DNA of 64,000 nucleotides from Candidatus Babeliales bacterium. GTDB taxonomy: Bacteria; Babelota; Babeliae; Babelales; Vermiphilaceae. The translations under genes were made by a program, and so were the position numbers. Shown piece by piece: positions 28,057-38,110 of the stretch. Location: the NCBI GenBank assembly GCA_963743635.1, contig CAVUQO010000002.1:192001-256000 (forward strand), written 5' to 3'. Numbering within the stretch: the first letter of the stretch is position 1; each line of letters starts with the position of its first letter. Under the pieces are notes generated by a model. That model was not told the origin of the DNA and did no database searches. It saw only the letters and a program-made list of their open reading frames with translations.

Positions 28057-29559
28057 TTAAAACGCAGAACCGAATTTGAGCCATGCGCCCCATAATTTGA
28101 GGCAGCTATTTTTTTGTGGAATATCGTAGAAGAAGCCGGTGCCGATAAAGCCTTCCATTTTCTTCTCTTTGCCGCTATGCCAGCCTAAAAAGCCGTGAAA
28201 CTTATAGTTCAATGAACTTTGCGCGGCACCAGAATTGAGATTAAGATCGCATTCGCGAATGGGTATAAACACATTTTGACGAACGCCATTAATGCAAGCC
28301 ATATCGTTTGGTGCTTGGCATTTAATCGTGCTCAGGCTCGCCGTAGCCGGTTGCAAGCAGGTTGTTATGCATTCGTCATACCCGCTATTTACTCCTGCAA
28401 TACCAAATTTTCCTTCAGGAAAGTGTTTCGCGCATAAGATCCGTTCAGTCCCGCGGCCCCAAATATTAAAACCGAGTTCGAAATCAAGCGATTCAGTTTT
28501 TGCGCGCAGACCCGTTGAGAAATCAACGGTGTTATAGGGCCGCACCAGTACTTCTTGTGTCAGCACGTTTGCGGCAGGAATCGTGTATCCCGGGGGGAAG
28601 TCTCGTTGTACTAAACGCATATAACGGCTCCAGGGTTTTCCGCGTAAATCGAAGGTGCGGTGTTCATGATCACGGATGTAAAAAGTTCCTTCAAGATTGA
28701 TAAACATGCAGAGAATATGACGGTCGGTATCGCGCGTGAGTTGAAATTGAAAATTGACGCCGGTACCAAATCCGGCATGTCCATTATTGCCGACGTAGGG
28801 ATCGAATAAATATGCGGCGTTTTGTTTTTGTCCGGTTGGGAGAGACATTTTTGAGTAATAGACCACGAGTGCATTGTTATGACACAAATAGGTCCGACCA
28901 AATTTGAAGTTAAGTTCAGCAACTTCAACGTTCGTGCGTTTACCCGTAATTTTTGCATATCTCATATCTGGCTGATCGAATGCATCGACGATGCTGTAGG
29001 GAGGCTTTGTGCCTTGATTGAATACGAATTTTTGTCCGAGTTGCATATTGTTTTCTATTGCGTAGAGTGGCGCGGCAACACTAACCCAGGTGCCTTCAAA
29101 AAAACTCAATTTTGTCCATTTACCAATGTCTTGATATGCCTCAAGCCAAATTCCCCCTTGTTGTTGGCGCGGATTAATCAAGAGTACACCGCGATAATCG
29201 GATGGTAGTTGCAGCCATTCTGCCCGTACATCGCGATTCTCGACTAGAAAGCAGGGATTACAATCGCCCGCTACGAGTAATTCATCTTTTCCATGAAAAA
29301 GAAAGTAACGTTTTGTTTTATTTTCATCGATTGATTGTATGTAGACGGGAGTTGCATTCCATGCAGTACGTAATATGCCCTCTTTATTATGAATGATGGT
29401 GTACCATAAGGCTTGCTCTATCGATAAGTGTTGATTGGGTGGGCGTGTGAACATAAATGACTGCGCAAAATGTTCATTGCTACGATTTTCATCATCATCA
29501 TCAGACATAAGCCAGGACGTTGAAAGCATGCATATCACAAGCAGTAGATATCGTTTCAT
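28057..29559 (-). CDS. Putative outer-membrane beta-barrel protein
   Basis: Signal peptide, alternating amphipathic strands, C-terminal WGAWLKFGSAF. Confidence 0.6.
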   Translation of the reverse strand: MKRYLLLVICMLSTSWLMSDDDDENRSNEHFAQSFMFTRPPNQHLSIEQALWYTIIHNKEGILRTAWNATPVYIQSIDENKTKRYFLFHGKDELLVAGDCNPCFLVENRDVRAEWLQLPSDYRGVLLINPRQQQGGIWLEAYQDIGKWTKLSFFEGTWVSVAAPLYAIENNMQLGQKFVFNQGTKPPYSIVDAFDQPDMRYAKITGKRTNVEVAELNFKFGRTYLCHNNALVVYYSKMSLPTGQKQNAAYLFDPYVGNNGHAGFGTGVNFQFQLTRDTDRHILCMFINLEGTFYIRDHEHRTFDLRGKPWSRYMRLVQRDFPPGYTIPAANVLTQEVLVRPYNTVDFSTGLRAKTESLDFELGFNIWGRGTERILCAKHFPEGKFGIAGVNSGYDECITTCLQPATASLSTIKCQAPNDMACINGVRQNVFIPIRECDLNLNSGAAQSSLNYKFHGFLGWHSGKEKKMEGFIGTGFFYDIPQKNSCLKLWGAWLKFGSAF

Positions 29560-29683
29560 TCGTCTTTCCTTTTTTGGATCAGAGTAACGTACGTTTTCTA
29601 GCTTAGGACAGCTTCCTCATAAAAACAAGCGATTTTCACAGAGATAATAGGCTGAAGTGCTTAAAAAATCGGGATTATCTTTC

Positions 29684-30619
29684 TCATTTACTGGAATGAG
29701 TATACATTTTCAGTGCGTCTTTCACCGAACTATTATCATACACTAATGCCGCTAATGCCTGCACAAATGCGCATGCATCTTTGCGTGAGCGTTGGAAGAT
29801 ATTGCGTCCAGTTGCGCAGCCGCTGGTGTTAGCGATATGCAGTTGATCATGCAGATCAGATAAGAATGCTGCAACATCAATTTTTTCACCACCAGAACAG
29901 ATTACTTTCGTGTTGCCTGCGGCGATAACGGCACGCTTGAGCTGTTCTGCTTGGTATTTTTTTTCGTCGATTCAGGCGGTTTTATTTTTACAAAATCAGC
30001 GCCAAGTGATGTGGCAACGCCAGTAGCTCCGGCAAGTAATACTGGATCAGTATCATTTTTGATTGCTTTACCGCGTAGATAAATCCAGATGATCGCAACG
30101 AGACCATGTTCGTGCGCTTGGCGAATAATTTGTGCTGCTTGCGTGAGCATGATGTGTTCATATTCGCTGCCCAAGATAGATCGTGTAGCCAACGCCGCAG
30201 ATGTGCAAGTTTACTAGTTCTTTTTCAGTTCGATAACATCCTGTACTGACCATAATTGATTGCTTAATGGCTCCTGCTGTGTCGGTAGGCACGAGATTTG
30301 TTTTTCCATTTAATTTTACGATGTAGTTGATGCTTGGATATGCAGCAGCCGTAGCGTGCAATAAGCCCAAAATGTGCTGCCAATGCGCCAATGGGTGCGC
30401 TCGATGCGATCTGAAATATATGTTCTGGTTCGCGTGCATCAGCGATGAATATTTGAGTCCTTCAAAATCAAGATCGAGATGTTCAATTTTTTGATCACAT
30501 GCAAATAAAAGTAGGCGATCGGTGGAGTGGGTAATTGCATTATAGTTGTGAATAAAGGTTTTACGCGCACGAGAAGGGACATCGGCGGGTACGATTATAT
30601 TATTTTTTTTAGCTGCCAT
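29684..30619 (-). CDS. Class I (DhnA-type) fructose-bisphosphate aldolase with several frameshifts
   Basis: Fragments in different frames: LFACDQKIEHL, YIVKLNGKTNL, VGYTIYLG|SEYE, LGADFVKIK, VICSGG, GCATGRNIFQR; stop codon at 29684. Confidence 0.8.
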
Positions 30620-30628
30620 AGAGATCCT

Positions 30629-32270
30629 TTACGTGATAATAGCATCATGAATTAAAACTTTTTGTGCAACTCGTTCAAATAAGGGTGCGGTAACCATAGA
30701 AGCAAATAGATTAGGTTTTGATGCTTCTTTTATGAACGTGACCACGACTCGTTTATAGCCATCTTTTTCTATAATACCGGCGCAAGTAAAGATATTTTTA
30801 TTGGGCTCATATTGCCCTATCAACTAACATGTTTGCCGTACCCGTTTTACTCATGATGCGGTAACCCTTCATGGCGGCGCGTTTCATACTCCCCTTTAAG
30901 GTTGTTTGCTCAAGAATATATTTAATATCATTGATTGCTTCGGGACTGAATACTGCATCGGCTGCCGGTTTATGTTCCGGAGTTTTGAGTAATAAAGTTG
31001 GTTTGATTGGATGGCCATCATTGGCAATGAGTGAAAACGCGCAGGCGAGTTGTAGTAATGTTGCGGTGATTTCATAGCCATATGAAAGAGAGATAATCGA
31101 TTGTTTTGACCATTTTTGTGGCGGATTTACAAATCCTTTTTGTTCACCCGCAAATTCTATGTTTGTTTTTTTACCAAAGCCGATTCGTTTATAATGATCA
31201 TATAATTTTTCGCCAACTCGTTTGGTAACAATTGCGGTACCAATGTTATTGGAGAATGCGATAACTTCCGCAAATGATATAACGCCATCTTTAAATGGTG
31301 TATTTATTTTGCGCCCATCGATGTAGGTTGTATTGGTGTTTTGGCAATCGATTTGTTCGTCAAGTGTTACCACTTTTTCTTCGAGCGCCGCGAGTGATGC
31401 AAATACTTTGATCACCGATCCCAACTCATAGGCTTCGGTAATGCATTTACTTTTCATAGTTTCAAGATTGATGTGATCGCGATCATTCGGATCAAAGGTT
31501 GGAAGGGTCGCCATCGCCAGGATTTCTCCATTGGATGGATTCATAACAAGCACCGATCCTTCACGTGCATTGTACGCATCAATCGTTTTTTGGAGCTCTT
31601 CTTGTACTAAGAATTGTAAATCACTATCGATTGAAAGGTAGACTGGTTCCCCTGAAGTGCCTTGTACGGTTGTTTCTTTTTTGAAATAAAAACGTCCGGA
31701 ACGGGCATCTTTTTCAAGCGTAACCGTACTCGGCGTTCCCGCGAGTTGCTTATTAAAGTAGAGCTCAGTGCCGACCAAGCCCTGGTTATCAATATCCGTA
31801 ATGCCGATAATTTGAGCCGCAGCTTCCAGCGGATAAAAGCGATTTGGTTCATTAAGGAGCTGAATATCACTCAAGTTGCTTTTCGTAATGAGTTTGATCT
31901 GTTCATCGGAAAGCTTGCGCTTTATATACATGAATTTATGGTCACGATTTTGTTTAAGACGAGCAACGCTTTCAGGGAAATGTTTCTTTAAGAATGCAAT
32001 CACTTCATCAGGATTTTTAAGATTGTTGGGCACTAAAAATGCGGAAATACTATCTTTGTTCATCGCAAGAAAGTGAGTCTTCGTGCGATCATAAATCGGA
32101 GCGCGTGGCGGATTTTGGGTAAGCGTCATGCTGTATTGTTTATCCCCAAGATTCATGAAAAAGTCATGATGCCATATTTGTATGAGTGATAGATTTATGA
32201 TGATCGTTATGTAGAGGAGCATAAATAAAAAAAAGATACATACGATCCGGAATTTATAACTTTTCTTCAT
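30629..32270 (-). CDS. ftsI: Class B penicillin-binding protein (FtsI/PBP3-like); extra base near 30818
   Basis: N-terminal TM, RAPIYDR, GSVIK (SxxK), SNN (SxN), KTGT; the frame resumes as ...DGQYEPNKNIFTCAG. Confidence 0.85.
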
Positions 32271-32536
32271 GATCGTTTAATCTTTTTATTTGTTTAAGTT
32301 TGAGCGTGTCCATATGTAACTTTGTTTGTGCATATTGTTTGATGGCGGTGCGATTTTTGAGTGCTTGCAGTTCTTGCGTGAATTGTTGTTTTTCTTGGAG
32401 CAATGATGCTGCGTGCAAGCTCATATTTTTGCTTGGCATATGATGCTTGCACCAAAAACTATGTTTATAAATTTGGAGTACGATACAGACAAGATGTACG
32501 CCAATGAATAACGGGTATAATGGGCGATCGCTTCAT
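32254..32536 (-). CDS. ftsL: FtsL-like cell division protein, frameshifted in this sequence
   Basis: ATG 32536; TM segment (FIGVHLVCIVLQIYKH) plus coiled coil, directly upstream of ftsI. Confidence 0.55.
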
Positions 32537-32608
32537 ATGCTACTCTTTCACAAATGGTACACAATTTTCATGACTCTATCATGAAGTCAGTGAGAGTTGA
32601 AAGAGTTT

Positions 32609-32703
32609 CCCATTCGAGATGTTCTTCGTCTCTATTTACCGTTCATCCTGCCTGTCCTGCGTAGCCTTGGCGAAGCACGGAAGTAGCGAAGCGTATCGAA
32701 GGG
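32609..32703. repeat. REP-like palindromic element, nested
   Basis: CCCATTCGA...TCGAAGGG ends; CCGTTCATCCTG interrupted by CCTGTCCTGCGTAGCCTTGGCGAAGCACGGA. Confidence 0.6.
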
Positions 32704-35319
32704 TTACCAATCGTACGACATACCAAAGTGTACTTCGTGCGCAGATTCACCCTTACGTGCATCGAGTTTAAAGCCCCAATCGATACGTACTGGAACCGGA
32801 TTTAAAATACGGACACCAGCGCCAACTGAATGTCGATATGAGAACGAGTTATTTGCAAGGAATTGCGGCGGTATATCTTTCGCGTATGGATTATCCCAGC
32901 CAGCACCACCATCATAGAAGAATAAGCCCTTCATACTAAAGTCTGGAGTGATAGGGAAGATCAATTCTACGTTTACAAACGCAGCTTTACGTCCGCCAAT
33001 AGGTGAGGTGCGCACTTCTTCATCGCCAGCAACTCTAAATTGAGGCCCGATTTCACCAAACAGGAATCCACGAACGCTGGCAGGGCCACCGATGTTATAG
33101 AGTTCGCGGTATGGAATTGTTTTATCATTCAGGCGAGTGACCATGCCAATATAACCATGCAGTCTAAATACAAGATCAATTTCTTCGATAAGTGGCGTAA
33201 ACCAGTTACCTTCAAGATCAAGCTTGTTATAACTAATTTCACCGCCCAATGCAGGGAATCCAAACGCAGAGCGAAGGAGCCAGGTGTGCCCGCGGCTTGG
33301 ATGCATCGGATGATTCTTTTTATCTTGACCAAGATTGATGGCAAGAAGTCCAAGTGAGCCAGATTTAAATTCTTGTTCAACTACTGTTCGATATGAATTT
33401 TCGGCAAGTAGTCGTTGGGATGGAGAAAGGAAGCTCGGCATTTGCACCTGAATTTGATCGACGTTTCCTTCATTTTGTATATTTTCTAGACCAGTGTTAA
33501 AGCGCAGGAATGTATCGGTAAATGCCGGAGAGCGCAATGCAAGCATGGTGCCGAGCGTTATGATGCCACCGCTATTTTTTTGCGTTATTGGTCTGATAAA
33601 GCGTAGCTCATCATAGCCCAATCGTTTATGGTAAATATCAAGAGCGCCATAAATTGGTTTATCAAAGAGCCATGGTTGAGTCAGGTTAAAGGTAACCGTT
33701 TTTGCTTCACGTGCAAGACTGCCGGTGAGATTGAATTTCACGCCGCTACCAAATAGGTTCGTGTCGGTCACATTACCTTCAACCGATACACCACTCAAAG
33801 GATTTGAAAGACTGGTCGGAGAACCACCAAAACCAAGTTTCATGTGGGCGTTACCAGTTCGTGCTTCCTTGAGCATCAAATCAAGATCCGCATTGGTTTC
33901 ATCAATACGATTGATTTTCCAGTTTACGCCATCTCGTTGTTCGAAATATCCTAAACTTTCAATCCGATTCTTTGATCCTTCCATGCGAGAGTTCGTAAGA
34001 AGATCGCCTTCTTCAAGCGATATATTACGACGAATTACTTTATCCTTAGTCTTTTTGTTACCACGTATGGAAATTTTGTTTAAAAAGACTTGTTTGCCGA
34101 TATCAGAGTGGAAAGAGATATTGACCGTCTTATTTTCATCATTAGGAATGATTGATGGTTCGATATGCGCATAAATGTACCCAAAATCGCCCCATACTTT
34201 TTCCAAAAGCTTGATGGTATTCATCACCGCTTCACGAGAATAGATATTGCCTGGTTTGATAGGAATTATCGCTTCAAGATATTTATCGTCGATAATATCA
34301 TTGCCTGCAACCATCACTTGATTGATTGTATATTGATCGCCTTCTTTGATTTCTATGGCGAGATTGATATGACCTTTTGGTTCAATATTGGTAGCAATAT
34401 CAACAACCTTGGCATTGAGATAACCGTTATTTTGGTAATGCTGTTCAATGGCTTGTTTGTCTCCCATTTCAACGCGATCAGGCATATAAAGGCCTGATTT
34501 ATCGAGTGCTCCCAAAATCCAATCTTCGCGAGAATACATGATTCCGCGCAACGCCTTATCGCTGATCGAATGATTGCCGGAAAAAGTAATGCGTTTAATG
34601 AGTGATTGTTTGTGTTCGGTGATTTCGAATATGGCTGTAGCATTGCCGTCTTCATCAAATTCGAGGTATGGCTTGATATCAGTTAAGAAATAACCCTTTT
34701 CAAGATAAATCTTTTTGATTTGCTGTGCATAAGTGGTTAACTCTTCAGGGTCGATCGCGGGAAGATCTTTGAGCGTAACCGCTGTTTCAATTTCGGTTTT
34801 TTTAACCTGGGAGTTGCCTTTATAAATTACTTCTTTGAGTACAGGCTTTTCAAGAACATCGATATACAGGATGAGTTCATTGTCCCCAATGTCTTCGCCA
34901 TAGAGAGAAATATCTCTAAATCTTTTCAGATCATGATAGAGACGTAAAATGGCAGTACGCGTTTTTCTGCGGTCAAATGGTTCACCAACGCGATACGGAA
35001 TTCGATCCAATATTGCATCGGTTGGTACGTGAATATTACCATTTACGATGATTTTTTTGATAATGCGATCGTTCGGATCATGATATTCAAGAACTTCTTC
35101 TTCTGGCCCATCATCATCTGCTGGCAAATCTACAGGTTCGAGCATTGATTCTTCTGCATTTTCTGCAGTTTGCTCGTGCTCTGGGGAAACAATAGTTATT
35201 GCTTCTTCTTCATCGCCTGTATTGGTTTCAATTATTAAAACACTCAGTAATGAGCATAACAATAACGAAAAAATATAGGTGTGCGTTTTTAAAATTTTGT
35301 TCTTGCTAAAAGCTGCCAT
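32704..35319 (-). CDS. bamA: Outer membrane protein assembly factor BamA
   Basis: POTRA repeats, GGPASVRGF, RIDWGFKL, terminal aromatic residue. Confidence 0.93.
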   Translation of the reverse strand: MAAFSKNKILKTHTYIFSLLLCSLLSVLIIETNTGDEEEAITIVSPEHEQTAENAEESMLEPVDLPADDDGPEEEVLEYHDPNDRIIKKIIVNGNIHVPTDAILDRIPYRVGEPFDRRKTRTAILRLYHDLKRFRDISLYGEDIGDNELILYIDVLEKPVLKEVIYKGNSQVKKTEIETAVTLKDLPAIDPEELTTYAQQIKKIYLEKGYFLTDIKPYLEFDEDGNATAIFEITEHKQSLIKRITFSGNHSISDKALRGIMYSREDWILGALDKSGLYMPDRVEMGDKQAIEQHYQNNGYLNAKVVDIATNIEPKGHINLAIEIKEGDQYTINQVMVAGNDIIDDKYLEAIIPIKPGNIYSREAVMNTIKLLEKVWGDFGYIYAHIEPSIIPNDENKTVNISFHSDIGKQVFLNKISIRGNKKTKDKVIRRNISLEEGDLLTNSRMEGSKNRIESLGYFEQRDGVNWKINRIDETNADLDLMLKEARTGNAHMKLGFGGSPTSLSNPLSGVSVEGNVTDTNLFGSGVKFNLTGSLAREAKTVTFNLTQPWLFDKPIYGALDIYHKRLGYDELRFIRPITQKNSGGIITLGTMLALRSPAFTDTFLRFNTGLENIQNEGNVDQIQVQMPSFLSPSQRLLAENSYRTVVEQEFKSGSLGLLAINLGQDKKNHPMHPSRGHTWLLRSAFGFPALGGEISYNKLDLEGNWFTPLIEEIDLVFRLHGYIGMVTRLNDKTIPYRELYNIGGPASVRGFLFGEIGPQFRVAGDEEVRTSPIGGRKAAFVNVELIFPITPDFSMKGLFFYDGGAGWDNPYAKDIPPQFLANNSFSYRHSVGAGVRILNPVPVRIDWGFKLDARKGESAHEVHFGMSYDW

Positions 35320-35507
35320 TGAGATGCTCCTGGGGTCGTAAGCAGTCGTCTGTATGCGCGATTCATTACTACTTTATATGGACCCTAATAATACTAATTT
35401 TTTTGAAATAAGCCAGCGCATGTCATGAATTCCATAAAATAACAAAATATGGTACCCTTATCAGTGACTAAAAAATCGCTTATATCATGTGTATCGTGAG
35501 AGAGAAT

Positions 35508-36845
35508 ATGTTGTATTTAACCAATAGTTTAACGGGAAAAAAAGAAGAATTTAAGCCAATAACACCAGGGCACGTGCTGATGTATGTGTGTGGTGTCACT
35601 CCCTATGATAAGGCGCATGTTGGTCATGGAAGATGTTATATTACCTTTGACGTTCTGTTTCGGCTGTTAACATTTTTGGGTTACAAGGTTTCCTATTGCC
35701 GTAATTTTACCGATATCGATGATAAAATTTTAAATAAAGCAGAAAAAGAATTTGGCGATCGGCAACGCTATAAAGATATCTCTGCCCGTTACATTGCCAG
35801 CTATCATGCAGATATGCAAAAAATCAATTGTTTACCGCCAACATTTGAGCCGCGTGTTACGGAGACCATTCAGCCTATTATTGATTTTATTGCTGGTCTT
35901 ATTCAGGAGGGCAAGGCCTACGCAGTTGATGGCGATGTTTATTTTCGCATCAATGCATTTCCTGAATATGGCAAATTATCAAAGCATAAATTGCAAGATT
36001 TGCATGCGGGAGTGCGCGTTGAATTAAACAGCAAAAAGGAGCATCCGCTTGATTTTGCATTATGGAAAGCAGAACCAGACGGTACCTTTTGGAAAAGTCC
36101 ATGGGGGTATGGTAGGCCAGGCTGGCATATCGAATGTTCTGCAATGGCATCAAAATATTTAGCGCAGCATATTGATATTCATGCAGGTGGTCTTGATCTT
36201 ATGTTTCCACATCATGAGAATGAAATTGCACAATCTGAGGCATTGCAAGGCGCGCCATTTGCACGTTATTGGGTGCATAATGGGTTTGTGCAGGTGAATA
36301 ACGAGAAGATGTCTAAATCATTGGGCAATTTCTTTATGCTTGAGGATGTATTTAAGCAGTTTGATCCGATGGTAGTACGATACTATATTTTAACCCATCA
36401 ATATCGCACACCGCTCGATTTTTCTTTTGATGACATGAAAGCTACACAAAAAAGTTATGAGCGCTTATGCAGGATATTTGAGCATGTAGAATCGCTTTCT
36501 GAGTTTCGCTATGCGGACGTAAAAGAGGAGCCAGTGATACAAGCGCTGCTTAACTTTTTGTGTGATGATATGAATACTCCCGGAATGTTTGGCGTACTTT
36601 TTGAAAAACTACCCGAAATACAATCAAATCCGCATCTTGCGCGCATGGTAAAATCATTCCTGATGGATATTCTTGGTTTGCGGATGGAACCATTGCCGGA
36701 AGTTGCCATTGAGATTACTCCTGCGGTGCAGGCGTTAATTGATGCGCGAACTCAGGCGCGTGCGGAGAAAAATTGGAAACGTGCTGATGAGATTCGTGAT
36801 CAGTTGCAGGAAATGGGCATTGATCTGAAAGATAAGAAGTTATAA
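35508..36845 (+). CDS. cysS: Cysteine--tRNA ligase
   Basis: MYVCGVTPY, HVGH, GRPGWHIECSAM, KMSKS. Confidence 0.97.
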   Translation: MLYLTNSLTGKKEEFKPITPGHVLMYVCGVTPYDKAHVGHGRCYITFDVLFRLLTFLGYKVSYCRNFTDIDDKILNKAEKEFGDRQRYKDISARYIASYHADMQKINCLPPTFEPRVTETIQPIIDFIAGLIQEGKAYAVDGDVYFRINAFPEYGKLSKHKLQDLHAGVRVELNSKKEHPLDFALWKAEPDGTFWKSPWGYGRPGWHIECSAMASKYLAQHIDIHAGGLDLMFPHHENEIAQSEALQGAPFARYWVHNGFVQVNNEKMSKSLGNFFMLEDVFKQFDPMVVRYYILTHQYRTPLDFSFDDMKATQKSYERLCRIFEHVESLSEFRYADVKEEPVIQALLNFLCDDMNTPGMFGVLFEKLPEIQSNPHLARMVKSFLMDILGLRMEPLPEVAIEITPAVQALIDARTQARAEKNWKRADEIRDQLQEMGIDLKDKKL

Positions 36846-36867
36846 GCACAATGTATTGCTAGATAAT

Positions 36868-36898
36868 AAAACGGCCCAGAAAAAATCTGGGCCGTTTT
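36868..36898. terminator. Bidirectional intrinsic terminator
   Basis: AAAACGGCCCAGA-loop-TCTGGGCCGTTTT between convergent cysS and trxA. Confidence 0.85.
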
Positions 36899-37001
36899 AT
36901 TATCCGAATTATTCGAATGAAACTACGACGTAATGTGCCAAGCCTGAAGACCTGGACACATGACCGTGTGCGACGAAGCCTTGGCGTAGACGCAAGGTGG
37001 G

Positions 37002-37322
37002 TTACCCAAGAAGTTCTTTAATTTTTGCTTCTAAATCTTCCTTGCTCATATAGCCGGTTTCTTTTCCTTGTACTTTATTATCTTTGATGAAAATAAAGGT
37101 TGGGACTGACGTTACGCCATACTTAATAGAAACTTCTCGCGCTTCATCAACGTTGAGCTTTGCAAATTTATATTTGTGCTCAAGTTCTTGCGCCAGTTCG
37201 TCAAAGATTGGGGCCATTTGTTGGCAAGGTCCGCACCAGGTGGCATAGACGTCTAAAACTACGGGTAATGCAGAGAGGCCAATTTCTTGGTCTACATTTT
37301 CTTTAGTGATCGCAACAGGCAT
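37002..37322 (-). CDS. trxA: Thioredoxin
   Basis: WCGPC, 106 aa. Confidence 0.95.
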   Translation of the reverse strand: MPVAITKENVDQEIGLSALPVVLDVYATWCGPCQQMAPIFDELAQELEHKYKFAKLNVDEAREVSIKYGVTSVPTFIFIKDNKVQGKETGYMSKEDLEAKIKELLG

Positions 37323-37403
37323 TGATGTTCCTTATTGGAATGGTGATACAGGTTTTATTTTAGAATACTTGGCTAGGGCCAAAAATCAATTAAATCTCTC
37401 AGT

Positions 37404-37997
37404 TCAAGATTGTCTTGATGCAGGCAGTTCACAAGGCGGACATTTTTTAGTGCGCGCTTTTGAAAGATCGCGATCTTCATAGCCTGTGATAATGAGAGAC
37501 TTGAGTGCATTGAAAGGAGCTTTCTTTTCGATGGGGCCTGCATCATTCATTTCATCGCAGGTTATATCTCGTTTCATATCGATTAAATAATTGTGCTTGG
37601 TTCTTTTGGTATCATTTGAGATGACTTCAATTTCGATATATTCGACGGGTCTGCTGCCAGGCTTTTGTTGATAGGTCCAAATTTGATCGGGGTGAGGAAT
37701 GCGCATTTCTTTAATTTCAGAAAGATCTATTTGTGAGATAATGCCATCGACCGGATTTTTACTAAGCACTAAATCTGTCTGTTGTTCAGGCAGCTCATAG
37801 AACTTAATTTGTTTGTACGTGCGTCCGATTGCAATGTTTTCAACCTTAAGTTGTTTACCTGCTTGTGTGGTGATGATGCCAGAAAAATTGACTCGTTGTT
37901 TCACGCGTCCTTCTTCGCTTGTTTCTTCAGAGCTCCAGTTAATAATGATTAGACTGCATCCGACGATATAAAGAATATGTCTTATTGTGTTCATCAT
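37404..37997 (-). CDS. Exported hypothetical protein
   Basis: N-terminal hydrophobic segment, AAGGGA RBS. Confidence 0.7.
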   Translation of the reverse strand: MMNTIRHILYIVGCSLIIINWSSEETSEEGRVKQRVNFSGIITTQAGKQLKVENIAIGRTYKQIKFYELPEQQTDLVLSKNPVDGIISQIDLSEIKEMRIPHPDQIWTYQQKPGSRPVEYIEIEVISNDTKRTKHNYLIDMKRDITCDEMNDAGPIEKKAPFNALKSLIITGYEDRDLSKARTKKCPPCELPASRQS

Positions 37998-38110
37998 CTA
38001 TCCCTTTTAAAGAAACCTACTTGCATAGATCAATATATTTTTACTATAACTACATAAAGTCACATACCAGGATTGTATAAAAACAAATCTATAAAAAGAA
38101 AGGATGTTGC

